In this document: piece after piece, positions 13,678 to 27,203 of the stretch
Numbering within the stretch: the first letter of the stretch is position 1
Layout of the letters: each line of letters starts with the position of its first letter
Assembly: GCF_026210795.1 (NCBI RefSeq)
Contig: NC_089431.1
Span: forward strand, 4,154,001 to 4,218,000
Source of the DNA: Rhizophagus irregularis
Lineage: Eukaryota
Length of the DNA stretch: 64,000 nucleotides
Direction of reading: 5' to 3'
Position numbers and translations under genes: made by a program
The notes under the pieces: generated by a model
Databases searched by the model: none
Seen by the model: only the letters and a program-made list of their open reading frames with translations
What the model was told of the DNA's origin: nothing

Positions 13678-15585
13678 TCACTTAACCCTCTTTTCGATAA
13701 TAATTCCACTAGAACTTGGGTATGCAGTTGGACCGTACATCCTTCTTCCTTCAATTTTACCACTCTTTGTACAAATATTATATTTTAAGATAATGTTATG
13801 CAAAAAAAATTTGATTTCGTTTATAGCAAAATGTCTTCCAGGACATCTAAATAATTTAATGATAATTAGATTAATTTTAAAATATTTAAATATTTGCAAA
13901 AAATAAAAAAAAATTAATTATCTATTATAAACTTACGCGTGTTTACCACCTCCAAATAACATAAAATTTTTACCAATTTTTGACGCAGGAACATTTGTAT
14001 CTACATGTCTAAATGGTTCAAATGATTTCGGATTTGGACCTTGTAACAATTCATCTTGATAAATATCATCAACATAAATCTTAACTGTATGATCTTTTGG
14101 TAATTGTAAACCATTAGAGAAAGTATAATCTTTTAATACAGAATGATCAAGTGCTAATATGTGACCAGTTAATCTTAAAGATTCTCTAATAAAACTATCT
14201 AATTTCTTCATATTGTCAAGAGCTTCAAATGGAAGCAAACCATTCTCATCAGCTTCTTTATGTACTTCCAATTGTTCTTCATATAATTCTTGCATATATT
14301 GAGGACGAGAAGCTAAATCCATTAAAGCATTTGCACAACCGTTTGATGTCGTATGAATTGAAGCGAAAAGAAATAAAAGTAATTTATCAGCTAATGATAG
14401 ATAATTAACATTATTAAGATCATCAATATCTTCTTGTTCTATAATATCTTGAAGTAAATCATCAGGACGCTTCCAAGAATCACCATATTTTGCTTTCTCT
14501 TGCAAACGTTTACAAACTTGATTTTTAATATATTTAATTAATATATTTCTATGTTTAATTGCTGGATTATATAATCCTGAACTCACGAGAATGCGGTTAA
14601 GGAGTCCCGGATAAAAAAAATTAAGAAATGGTGGAATTTTTATTAATGCCGATAAATCACTTGTAAATTCTGCAAATGTTGTTACAACTTCTTCATTTTT
14701 CGATTCCTCCTATAAAAAAAAAAAAAAAGTAAATATTTAATAAAAAAAAATTAAAATAATAAATATAAACAAGTATAGAACGTATATATACTTACTTCAC
14801 CAATAAAAACATTTGCAACAGGAGTAGAAATAATTTTAATTATTAAAAAATACATATTATCAAAAACTTTTGGATCATCATGAACATTACTATCAATATA
14901 TTTTTGAGTGGCAGAATGAAGACATTTTTGCATACGTTCAGAATAAAAATTTAATTTACAAAAAATATGTTCTTTAAGCAATTTTGGCATATTTAACATA
15001 TTTACTAAACCCATATGTTTAAGTAATAAGTCATACGGAATTATTTCGAAAAATGCTTTCCCAAAATTAAACGCATCATCCCTTGATAATATCTCTTGCG
15101 AATATTCTTTTCCTATTAAAGTACATATAATATTTTATTGGTCAATGAACATTAAAATTATTTATATACAGTATATATATTTATAAATGTATTACCGACG
15201 ATTGTTCTCACTTGACCCCATACATATATACTAAAGATACCACCATACTAATTAATACGAAAATGTAAATTGTTAATAGATTTGACGCAAAAAAAAAAGA
15301 AAACAAAAAATTTTTACTATTTTATTTACCTCCTTTTTGCATTGTTTAAGGAATTCTTCGGAATTAAACGTATAACTATAAGTATGACCGATAATTGGAA
15401 TGTTATAACGAACAAGAGGTGGCATATTCTAAGAGAATATAAAAAAAATAAAATAAAAAAAAAACTCTATATAAAAAAAAAATTAATAATGAATTTAATT
15501 TTCTTACGAATTTTGGTTTGCGAACACGCTTTAAAATATAAAATGATACCAATAGAATGGATCCTAGAATGATCGTTTGATACAT
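13678..15585 (-). CDS. Cytochrome P450, 6 exons
   Basis: N-terminal TM anchor, PP..IPIIGH hinge, I-helix FASIHTT, ESLR (ExxR), and heme motif FGGGKHA/CPGRHFA assembled across an intron. GT-AG introns. Confidence 0.95.
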
Positions 15586-17844
15586 TTTTTTTGATATGGA
15601 AGAAATAAAAGTAAAATGGAAATATCGAAAATTTTAGACTTTTGAAGGGAGTCGATAACTTTTTGCGTGAGGGAAATAAATACGCATTTTTATATCTACT
15701 TTTGAACTTACCAAATTAAGTTAGTAAAATATTCTTTGTCATTATTCTTAAAATTAGATAATCATAATCGATTTGCTAACTCAAAAAAATATGGCGGACA
15801 TGTGAATTAAAACTCTAATTCGACCAAAGTAAAAACCTTTACAATACGTACAACATGCAGATTATAAATCGTTTGAAATATCATTAATAATTTTTAATGA
15901 AAATATTAGTCATAATAAACAAATGTTCGGATACCATATCAGACATTCTTTTGTAATGGTTAAATCAATTTTATCTTAAACTTAGGTTTTAATAAACTAT
16001 CATTTAAACTTTATTATAGCTTTTAACAACTAGCTAAAACTAAAATAATTTTAACATCTGGTTCGGCATCAAAAATGAATTTTGGGGCCGTCGACGATCA
16101 GAATCCTGACAAATAATATTTCGCGTTACACGCAAAATTTATTTTAAAAGTTAATATACTTTGCGAAAATTAATGATTTTATTTTAAAAATTAATACTTT
16201 TATTATTGATATTTTTAAAATTTAATAATTCTTAATGTTAATGATTCTTAATATAAATAATAAATATGAACAAAAATGTATGGTATTTTTTTATAAATTG
16301 GGTTATCACTTCTTTAATTTATTATACCATATTTCTGGTGGTATCGGGACATTTCGCTGAGCCGAAAAATAATCTTTATTCATAATGCCCCTATTTTTCG
16401 GCAGAGCTTCCTTGGCGAAATATCCTGTAACTATTTCTGGTTGAAGTAAATTGGCGTTACTTGCGTTACGATAACAAAATTTCGTATCACGGTATAATAC
16501 GAACCAATTTTTGTGATTGATATCATTTATAAAATTAAAGTTTCTTTCTGATTATAAATTAGATTAACTTTACAGTTATTTGCACCCATTTTTAGTAATT
16601 AATTTCGCTTACTGAATTTTTTATCGAATCCCGTATCCCGAATATCATGAGAATCGGATATCCCGACCATCAATTTTTTTTTTCCGGATCATATTTTTTC
16701 CAATGCACTGATCTGCATTATGATTGTTACAGTGAATCGTGACACGCTTTTTCCTCCTGAGAGTCAAAGCAAATTAAAAATTTTATTAAAATAAAAAATT
16801 AAAATAGAAAATACCTTCATTATTAAGTAATAAATGATTAATAATGTATTACTAAATTTAAATGTTACACTATTATATCCAGTATCATAATCACTTTTTT
16901 ATATGAAGTTGAGATATTTGATCTGCTTTTTCAAAAATAATTTTAATTTCTTTTCCCTTATGACGACCTGACGACCGAATTTTTCTTTTTCTTGATATAA
17001 ACCACCAATAGAATAATACCAAATTTTTAAAATGTTCACTAATTCTTTAGCTGTTTATTTTTCACTTGAATTAGTATTCATACTTTCTTATAAAATTCAG
17101 GATCGATCAAAGGAGTTTTATGTGAAGAAACGTAAATCTATACTTAGGTGATACAATATTACATTTGCATATTTTTATAATCGTATTAAATTCAGCCGAC
17201 AAGAATAATAAATCGAAAAAATAACCACGACCTGTCCCCTGTTTCACATGTATTTGAATGAATCGTTCTTGTATACCTAATATTGAACAAAAATGAACTA
17301 AAGGTCACGATTAAATTATCACCACGTACATGATGAAAAAATCTTGGGTGATTTGCTCGATCGGAAATAATTAGTTTTCACATTGACAGGCTAAAAGCTT
17401 ACCGCAATATACTCATAATTTTCACCGACTAACCAAAGTAAGATATTAAACTAATAGACGGCCGATATGGTGTTATACAAATAGGTTTAATAGATTCAAC
17501 CCCGTGCTTTCTTTGTCAATAAGGATTATATTTGTAATGAATAAAATTTGGACGACCTCGAGCAATACAATAACGCGTCTCTTCAGGGCGAGAATTTCCA
17601 GAATTACATAATGCTGCTTGGCATTATCCAAAAAAGGAAAGATCTATTTTTTCAAACTCTCCCACATATGACTCCATCTGATAAGTGAAATTACACACCA
17701 TTTGTCATTTGTCATTTGAATCATTTGTCTGTCATTTGCCAAATAAGGTAGTACAGTGATGTTTATGTAAAAAAATTTGTTTCTAAAATGTGACACGCTT
17801 TGTATACCTTAGAAGTACTTGTCAGACAAATATTTAACTAATGA

Positions 17845-18413
17845 ACTTTCAAAGCTGGTGTATCAACTTTCTTGAAATACGATTGGTCAGAACACGCAAA
17901 ACAACATACATATTTTGATAGAAATCCAGAAATAATCGAAAATATTGTACGTTCATATAGTACATATACTGGGGGCTTTATTAGAGAGCGTGACAGTAAT
18001 AGAGGTCCCAACGCACCCTCGCTTCTTATGACGGTGATGACAAGATAGTGTCGTTTGAAATTTGGGAAGCATCGAAGTTATTGTGTTGCCATTTATTTGA
18101 TACTTCAGAAATGATAAATAATAAACCACCACTCTCTCTTTATCCCATTTGTTATGAAGATCACGATGAATTGGAGGTTCTCCTTATTGGTTCTAAGCCT
18201 TCATTCATCACATTCGAGAAAACTGGGGATAAAGATATTGAAGTGGGAATGGATGACGAAAATAAAATCGTAACATTATTGTTTCACAATGCAAGTAGCA
18301 GATTGGCGAAAACATTACCAGAGAACGAGAGAGACAAACTTGCAGAAGAAGCGAGGTTGAGATCATTGGAAAATGCAAAATGGGATCGTTTATTATTAAA
18401 CAAGCAAGATTAA
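17845..18413 (+). pseudogene. Frame-disrupted gene with tandem DUF2283-like motifs
   Basis: Frame A 17845-18048 (KYDWSEHAKQHTYFDRNPEIIENIV) overlaps frame B 18003-18413. Frame B has YDGDDKIVSFEIWEASKLL and YEDHDELEV..DIEVGMDDENKIVTLLFHNASSRL. Confidence 0.55.
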
Positions 18414-18849
18414 TATCAACAATTTATTCAACAACATCATCATGCCAACATTATGCCAAAGAAGATGCCATAATGGAAGATTTATTAATTACAAATTTCA
18501 AGAATACGAATCTTATAAATTGACTGAAAAAGCAATATACAAATAATAAGCTAGGTGAATAAATCTAAATAGGTTTAATAACAAAGCTTTAATATAGTTA
18601 ATAAAAATAATTAATTTGCGTTGTGATTTATCCAATTGTATATCTAGCAAACATAATGCAATTTTTCATACAAAATATCATTTGAACGTAATATTAAATT
18701 TCATTAAACTGATACTTAAAATTAAATTAAACTAAAATTATTTCAAACGAAATTATTTTAGCGACTTGTTAATACTAAAAATAAATTTTAACAATCAATA
18801 TAGAATAAAAAAAAATACTTCGCCATTTACTTTATAGAGAAGTGGCTTT

Positions 18850-19560
18850 TTGGGATCGCACGTTGCCACACAAGTTATCGATAATAACCCACTTGAATCT
18901 GGATCACTTGTAATATAATCTTTTCCAAAATATATATTATTTAATATTTGTGCACCTTTGTAAAGATTATTATTATAATTCCTATTCTCTATATAATTTT
19001 TGTTATAACTTCTTCTTTATCCTTTTTCGTAATACCTAACTTTTATTAAAAGATTATTTCTATTATCTCAAATCGCTTTTATTCTTTCTTTAAAACTGTT
19101 TGTAATAAAAATACTCCATAGTTATTATATTTTACTAATACCAAGACGAATAAAAAATTCCATGATTTCTAAAGGAAAAACTCCTTTAATTAAATCTATA
19201 AAAGTTAAAGTGTTATCACGATATTCTAATTTAAACCACATCAATTTTTTAATTTTAATTATGAATGTAATATCAAAGAATCGGAAATTGTTTTATAATT
19301 TCTGTATATAAAATTTTTGCAACATTATTGATAATATCTGAAAAAATTCGCTTATTTTTTTCCAATCTTTATAAATATTACAAGAACTTTTCTTCCTTTA
19401 TTCGATCATGGGTATTTCTTCGAATAATCTTTGTATTTTTATACGTTTTGCTCAACTAGAACGACAAGAAGTTTGTAAGATGTTTTCGTAATTTTTTTAT
19501 ATATTCAAATGTTTACATTCCAGACCACTTCCAATTTTCTATATTTACTATTTCTTCGTA
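18850..19560 (-). mobile_element. Degraded 3' fragment of a non-LTR (LINE-like) retrotransposon ORF2
   Basis: Minus-strand LTFIDLIKGVFP..KAI*DNRN..GITKKDK resembles LINE ORF2 C-termini; many stops. Confidence 0.5.
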
Positions 19561-20931
19561 AATTTAAAAATTTTAAACGGTAGTTTTATTATTCTTATAT
19601 TCTTGGTTAAAAAAAAAATATATATATTTTATTGATAAATAAATATGCATTAAGTATTAAATGATTTATATAATTCTTTTAAATTCATATTTGATATCAA
19701 GAAAATGGAAATTCATAACTTTGCTTCAACTGGTTTAATTATTGGTTATTAAAATCATCCAGTTACAAATTACAATAAATTACTTCGAATAACTCGCATC
19801 GAACAGGTCAGGTGATATCAATCCGATCCGAAATATTAAAAAAATCAGTCTAAAAACGAAAAAATTGATTTTTTAATTAAGTTATGACTGATTTTTATTT
19901 AAATAATAAAAAAAATCATTATTTTTTTTTTTAAATTATAAAAATCATTATTTTTTTTATTAAAAACGAAATAAATAATAAAAAAAACGTTTTCTTACGA
20001 AAAAAACTTATTTTTATTAATAAAAAAAATCGTTCTTTTCTTTTAAAAAACAACTGATTTTTTTATTAATTCGTCATTTTTATAATATCAATTGTGCGAT
20101 GATTTAATTCAAAATACTTATTTATCATCGACTTTAGGCATTCCCTCAAGAATTACTCATTTGTTAGATTTGACTGTCATTTTTTTTTTTAAATAAAAAA
20201 CACAAATGTAATTTATCAAAACTGTTTATTTATGTTAGAAAAAATATGGTTTGACTTTGAAAGAATTTTCTTATGATATTTAAATTTGGCTAGCAGGGTC
20301 TAGGATGGTCAATATCTAATAACTATCAACCACCCTCAATTATTAGGGTCAGGAGAAATACTCGTCGTAGGTGTAAAAAAATTACCATGGTTGTCCCGTA
20401 ATTTCTATAGAGAAAAATAAAAATGATAAACCTAATTCGGTTGACCTTAACTGACAAAGTATAATCAGTTGGTTTAATATACAATTTCTACTATGTGACG
20501 AAATAAATAAGACGAATATATGTAATGTAAAATTTAATGGTATTTCTCACTGAAATTAAAAAAGTAAACAATTAAAATTGAAATTACAGTATATGGGAAC
20601 TTTCTTGAAGACCTCGATCCCAAAAATAAGTTTGAGATGAGATTAACTGCGACATCAAGTCAACGAAAAACAAGTGACATTTTCACTGATGCTGGTAATT
20701 AATGAAATAATAAACACGTGCATGCGTTAAACTAATTATCATAATAATAAATTTTAATCTTCTTTATATCATAAAGTAACAGCACTTTTGAGTCTATTAT
20801 AGAGCTATTAAATGGTTATATGCTCGCAATCAAAAAATACTTAACGTATTTCTGAATATTTTATTAAAAAAGTAATAATTACTCTACTAAAATAATAGTC
20901 TTAAATAACCAAAAAAAGACAAAAATCAAAA

Positions 20932-21318
20932 CTAGAAACTAGAACAGGAAGACGTCCTATAATATATAAATAATAAATTTCGCACGAAAGGTATAATTTT
21001 TTCACCGATAGTCATTTTCTTGTTAATACAAATGATATTAGCTGCTTTATGACCAATCACGAGATATTTTAAGACTTTAAAGGAGCCTCCTAATAGTGTA
21101 TCACAACCAATAATGTATAATATTTCACCTGCAAGCCCGGAAACATAACAACTGCCAATAATCATTAAACCACCAATGGGAATTGCCGCAAAACCTGTCA
21201 TATACACAATTGTTCCTGGTACCGCCATCGATGCCAACTTTATTCCCCATTCTGCAAATTTCCAAATTTTTTTCTCGTTTTCCTTCGCTGGTTTCAATAT
21301 TAATTGATTTGTTTCCAT
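20932..21318 (-). CDS. Hypothetical membrane protein
   Basis: ORF from METNQL with glycine-rich hydrophobic segments (VPGTIVYMTGFAAIPIGGLMIIG); the 3' end may be spliced. Confidence 0.5.
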   Translation of the reverse strand: METNQLILKPAKENEKKIWKFAEWGIKLASMAVPGTIVYMTGFAAIPIGGLMIIGSCYVSGLAGEILYIIGCDTLLGGSFKVLKYLVIGHKAANIICINKKMTIGEKIIPFVRNLLFIYYRTSSCSSF

Positions 21319-22030
21319 AATCAAGGTTCCTTCGTTTTTACCTTGGTGACTAATATTCCCTCTGTACAAGTTATTTTTATGATTTATATATTAATAGGAA
21401 CACAAGTAAGGGAAATCAGCTTATTTTGAAAAAAAAAACAAAAGCTATTCAAATTCACAAGTGCGCATGAAGTGAATATTTATTCGAACTTTCATAATAT
21501 GAGATGTGACCGACATTTTTAATTTGTTGATTAACAATCATATTACTAAACATCATAACCATGTTGAACATATGAAAATGATTTTCCACATTTGTCATAT
21601 GTCATACACTTTACATATTTTTTTCGTAATTATCAAGAGCTTGTGGCGGTATATTGTACCTTTCTATGTAGGTGTAAATTAAATTCTAATATCGATTATA
21701 CCTATTAATTTTGTACTATTTCGCTGGTTGTATCCCATAATCACGTGCTAATATATGAGCGAGAACGCTGAAACTGATAAAAATAAACACAAACCGTACG
21801 TTTTTCACAATCACAAAATCAATCAACATAAGTTCTTGTAACACAAAAAATAATTAGATAAACAATAATAAGAAAAAAATATTTGAAATTATGTATAGAC
21901 TTGATAAAATTGGATGTTTAAATGATAATTATTTATGACAAATAAAATTGTTAATGTTAATTAATAGATAATTATATAACAAAAAAAAACCCTCAAAATG
22001 AAAATAATTCATGCGTGCTACATAATTCAT

Positions 22031-22324
22031 TGCGGCGGATTTATGAAATTTGGCAAAAACCCTGCTGCGCCCTCGGGAATTAAAATTGACTTACAGAAAC
22101 ATTCCTAAAAAATGTCAAATGTGACGCACCTTTAACACTGGAAAAATTGGTTAGGTAACGGAATAATTGGTTAGACGCAAGATTTGGGGTACAAAAAATT
22201 TTTTTAGGGCTCATTTTTGACTGTTCACTAATAAATTTGGGAAATTTGGTGACTAAAAGACTGTCAAATATTTATTTAATTTGACATGACGGACAAATTT
22301 AGGGTATTTCATAAATCCGCCGTG
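22031..22324. mobile_element. MITE, possibly CACTA/EnSpm-like
   Basis: 17-bp perfect TIR CGGCGGATTTATGAAAT. Right end reads ..CCGTG (CACGG on the minus strand). 2-bp AT flanks. Confidence 0.55.
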
Positions 22325-23075
22325 ATGTATCCTGCTACTATTTCCCTTTCCTTTACCTTACTCCTCTTGATGAGGTTTTTACCTCAAAAGCAGAATTTTG
22401 AGAAAAAATTTTTTTACCAATAACCAATCAGAGTATAATTTGATTTCTTTCCGAATAGAATCATGTAATAAAATTCAGCGGCGGGCAAGATCAGTTGTTC
22501 AAGATCAGTTGTTTCTGGCAGGATCAGTTATTTCATGTGCAGACATACTGATTCGTGATATCGTTTAGGTCATATGTGCTTTGACCACATTTACTGCTTT
22601 AATCATGTTAGAGACTGCGGCATTACATCATTATGTAATTATGTAACATTTTTACTTTGTTTACATCATGCTTTTTTATTTTTTCATGTTAAAAATCATT
22701 AAGGAGTTCTTATATCCAGATCCACGCAGTACATAATCTTAATCTCTGTAGAATTTTTCTAGAACTGCATCTAGAAAAGAATGAGAAAATTTTTTTACTT
22801 TGTTCGTTGGAATTACAACTGAATTTGTACTTACGCCACATTATAATTGTCCTACGTATTGTACATGAGAGTACATATGAGCATTCTTTGAAGGAATTCT
22901 TTCATTTTCCAAGATACATTTTTTAAATTAGTTATTAACTTTTTGGGTTAAAAACTTCCACGAAGAATTATTTGTAAAATTTATATAAATTTATTATTGA
23001 AAATAAATTTATAAATTGGACTACATTCTCAAATGCCTCAAAATAAACCTAATTTTTTTCAAAACAAATTAATAT

Positions 23076-24964
23076 ATGATGGAACAATTAACAAATTATA
23101 AACATAAAATTGACTTTTTACTATCAGATAATATGCATTTATGTCAACCAGCACAAACCACGGTTAAACAAAATAGAAAAACATATAAAAAATGTAATGA
23201 ATGTTATAAAAGAAAACCATTTGCTGATTATCAGATTTGTCGCATGTGTTACAAATCAAAAATAGCTTTTAAATCAAGTGGAAATAAGGTTATTGATAAT
23301 TTTATCAAATATACACAAATCAATTATTCATCCCGAGATGGAAAAATGGAGTTTGTTCCCTATAATCAATTCAAAAATATAGAATTTATTGCTGAAGGAG
23401 GATTTAGTAAAATTTATAAAGCTACTTGGGTTGATGGTCCAATCAAAGGTTGGTATATACGTGATGGTGCGAATATTTCTCGTAATAATAATTATACTGT
23501 TGTTCTCAAAAAACTTCACAATTCTGAAAACTTTACACCAAAGGAACTAAATGAGGTACAGTACATGTAATATTTTAAATATTCAATATAACAATGATGT
23601 TAAATTAAGGATTTTTTATTTAGCTCAAGGTATTTTATCAGATTTATTCAAATAGAGAAACTTCTAATGAATTCATTTGCCAATATTTTGGAATTACTCA
23701 AGATCCTATTACCAAGGATATTATGATTATTATGCCATATTATGACTTAGGTGACTTGATACGCTACATAAGTAATGATTTTTATAATATTTGTTGGGAT
23801 ACAAAGTTGTTTAAATTACGTCGTATAATATATGCACTTAATAATATCCATAATTCAGATATTATTCACAGAGATTTACATAGTGGAAATATCTTTATAA
23901 GTGGAAGGTTTGCATATATAGGTGATCTGGGAATAAGTAAATCTGCAACTGAATCTACAGATAATAATGAGAATTATGGTATTATTCCTTATATGGCACC
24001 AGAGATTTTTCAAGGACAAAAATATACAAAAGCTTCAGATATATATAGTTTTGGAATGATTATGTGGGAGCTTATGACAGGTAGAAGACCTTTTTGGGAT
24101 CGAAATCATAATACATATCTTATTATTGATATTTGTGATGGTTTACGACCACCAATTGTCACAAATGCACCTGAAGAATATATTGAATTAATGAAAGAAT
24201 GCTGGCATTCTGATCCGGAGAAAAGGCCAACAGCCATTTATATATTTAAAAAACTTCTTAATATGTCGGGTTTGATAATTGAAATTGTAAAATCATCAGA
24301 TATTGGTCCTGTAACAACTAATCATTCAGGTGCTGTTTATAGGAGTAGACCTTTAAATAAAATGATTCATTCCGCAATGTCTTTAAGGAGTTCAAGAAGT
24401 CTGCTGTCTACAAATTTAGAAACTGGTAAACAATTATAATATTATTTATTATAAATTATTTAATTTTGTTTATTTATGTTATTATTAATAATCATTATTT
24501 CTTTTAAAGGTAAAAGAAAGTTTGAAGATCTAGTTACAAAAAATGATGACGATGGTATTATGGATAATAAAATTTATGGTTTTATTCTGTAATTAACTAA
24601 ACAAACTTCCAATAAATCAAAAACTTTATAGGTCAATGTATCAAAAAGAAAAATTTATGTGAAAATGAAATTAATGGTAAATAATTATTATTAATTAACG
24701 AATTTATTAGTATTTTTTAAAATTTACACTTTTATATGTTTCTCTAGAATATCTTACGAACGAAATTGAATTTGATGTTAATGTGAATTTTAATCAATCC
24801 CATAAACCTCATAATAAAGGTAAATAGTGTAAATAGTTTATTGGTGTTTTTAATAATATCTTAGTAATGAATGCTTTTATATGTTATAACCATTTATTTT
24901 TTAATTGAATATAGATTACATCACTCTGGAATTTGAACTTGATATCGATTTTAATAATCCTTGA
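23076..24964 (+). CDS. Tyrosine-kinase-like (TKL) protein kinase, apparently intact, 6 exons
   Basis: Exons 23076-23555 and 23624-24425, then four small 3' exons ending in TGA at 24964. Motifs GGFSKIY, VLKKL, HRDLHSGN, GDLG, YMAPE; N-terminal CxxC..CxxC. Confidence 0.92.
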
Positions 24965-25089
24965 ATTTTATTTTTTTCTGTATATCAGATATAAATTTAT
25001 AGATTTTTTATTTTATACTATAGAGGGTAGAAATTATTAATAGTTAAATATTAGTCATAGATAAATGTTATGCAAGTCTTTTAAAAACT

Positions 25090-26738
25090 TGTTGTCACCT
25101 GATCACCACGTTTGAGGTGCAGAAGAAACATTGATCAGGAGGGAAAGGGGAAAACGAAAGGGAAAGGAAAAACGAGAGGAAAGAGGAAAATGAGAGTGAG
25201 AGGGAAAACAATAAACCACTTTTTACAATAGACGATTATTTTAATAGAATAATTAATTATATACGTTAAAGTAAATATATTATAATTACAAAGAATGAAA
25301 AAGCAATAACTATTTAAGCCCAATATGATTATTATAAATATAAAAATCCAGAATATGCATATCAATGATATCAATGTCACTTTTTGTTTCTTATTCTGGT
25401 AAACCCGAATCTAGAAGAAAAGAAATTGCTACATTTAGATAAAGAACAAAACAAAATATGTGTAAGTACCAGATTTGAACTCCCATACAGTTCCATCTTC
25501 TAGTACGCCCATAAAATTTCACAAGGCTTCTCTGATACTGCTTTGAAAAAAATCCTCCATAAATACTAATATGCCATTCAGCAGAGAATCCCATTTGAAT
25601 ACATGCTCATAGCAATCCAAAAACGTAAACCAGAGTAAGATTTTCCAATAATAATTATACGATTGAAACCGCATAGTGCACTTCCATTAAGTAACTACAG
25701 TCTACGTCTACGGATACCATTATTTGATCATCACTGTGTATTTTTATACCGTCTGATTCATTTGCGGTCATTTCGGCTACCAAGGGTGGATTATTGCAAG
25801 ATGTGTCGAATCTATTATTGTCTGATAATGAAGGCATGGAGGAATTATTTCTCCAATTAGGTGAGTACAATGTAGCATGACGTCAGGAGTTTTCTTCCCT
25901 CAAGGGTACCACTTCTGCACAATGGCCCCAGGAATTTGCGCAATCTTCCATTTTTTCCTTGGTTTTGACATTTAAAAATAATGTCCTCATCATTTTATCT
26001 CTCCTATTCGCTGCTCGTTTGATAATTTGGTATTTCAATTTTCTCTCTTCTTTCGTACAGTACTTCCCATCTCTCCACGAAGTGATATCAAAAAGTAATT
26101 CTTGATGCTCCCTCTCCGGATGGAAAATGTGAGATTTATCGTGGACGGACGAGCTAATGAATTCTTCTCCGTTTCCATAATCTTGTCTACAAGACCGACA
26201 GCATTTTCTCCAAGTACGCAGTTTGACTTTCGAGTTTTTTATTCAGAGGATTTACCATGTAATTGCATTTTTACTTTTTTGGAGGTCGACTTATACTGTA
26301 CTTCCAAGGCAGGCTATTCCGCTATTACATCCCACACACTGATGATAAGAATCGGGTGGAGTCACCATTTTGCCCAAATGGCTATAAGACATTACAATTT
26401 GTATAAAATATGTTTTGTTAAATCACGAACGATACCTCTTTCAATTCAAGGATTCTTTTTATTATTTTCCAGGGCAGCCAATGATAATTTCACTACCCCA
26501 TTTATATTTTTTTCACGTAAAAATTCACCTGTAAGGAACTATGAAATCCGGTATTGTATCTTTCATCCATGATTCGTGTAGTTTGTCTAACCAGGCGTAA
26601 GGAATAGAGAAATTAATAACAAAAAAATAATAAGTAAATACCAATTATTTCTAAGCCTAACTAATCTAAAACTACCCTAGCGTTACCCCGCAATTTTTTA
26701 CGCAATGTCACGCGCGATCAAAATTAATTTTGTGATAC
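25090..26738 (-). mobile_element. Putative inserted element with decayed coding content
   Basis: GC-richer island bounded by TGT..ACA. Similarity to the paralogous kinase 3' region stops near 25085. Minus-strand reading frames are riddled with stops. No TSD found. Confidence 0.35.
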
Positions 26739-27203
26739 AGCATATAGATTTAAAACATAAACTCTTTTTTAAAAGTAATCAAACTAAATTTTCCAATACG
26801 ACTTATATTTAATAATTATCTCAATTAACTCGTCATTTATATACAGTACATTTTGTTTTACCAAGGGAATGATCTTTTAGATAAAACATCAACATTAATA
26901 AATTTCGCAGTACAGTATCTTTAATACACGAAAATTTATTCTTTATATTATAATACGGTAACAGTTGCACCATAATTTTTAACTTTTCATAAATTCATAA
27001 AAAATAATATCTCTTTATTAACCATAACCATAAGAGCCGCAGAAAATTTATTTAATTTGAATGATTCCCGGACCACAAATTATAACCGAGACGAAATTAT
27101 GAAACTGCTCAGGAATTCAGCATACCATTCTCCCGAGCTGTCGGAAACTTGATCAACCATTCGAATAAAAAGAATAATACTTATATAAAATAAATAAGTA
27201 ACA

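Noticed and set aside
16345..16427. Small nested inverted repeat as a MITE or ncRNA
   Set aside because: Too short and degenerate, and no convincing TSD.
26102..26572. 156-aa + strand ORF as a real gene
   Set aside because: Non-ATG start and no recognisable motifs; probably the antisense shadow of decayed minus-strand coding sequence.
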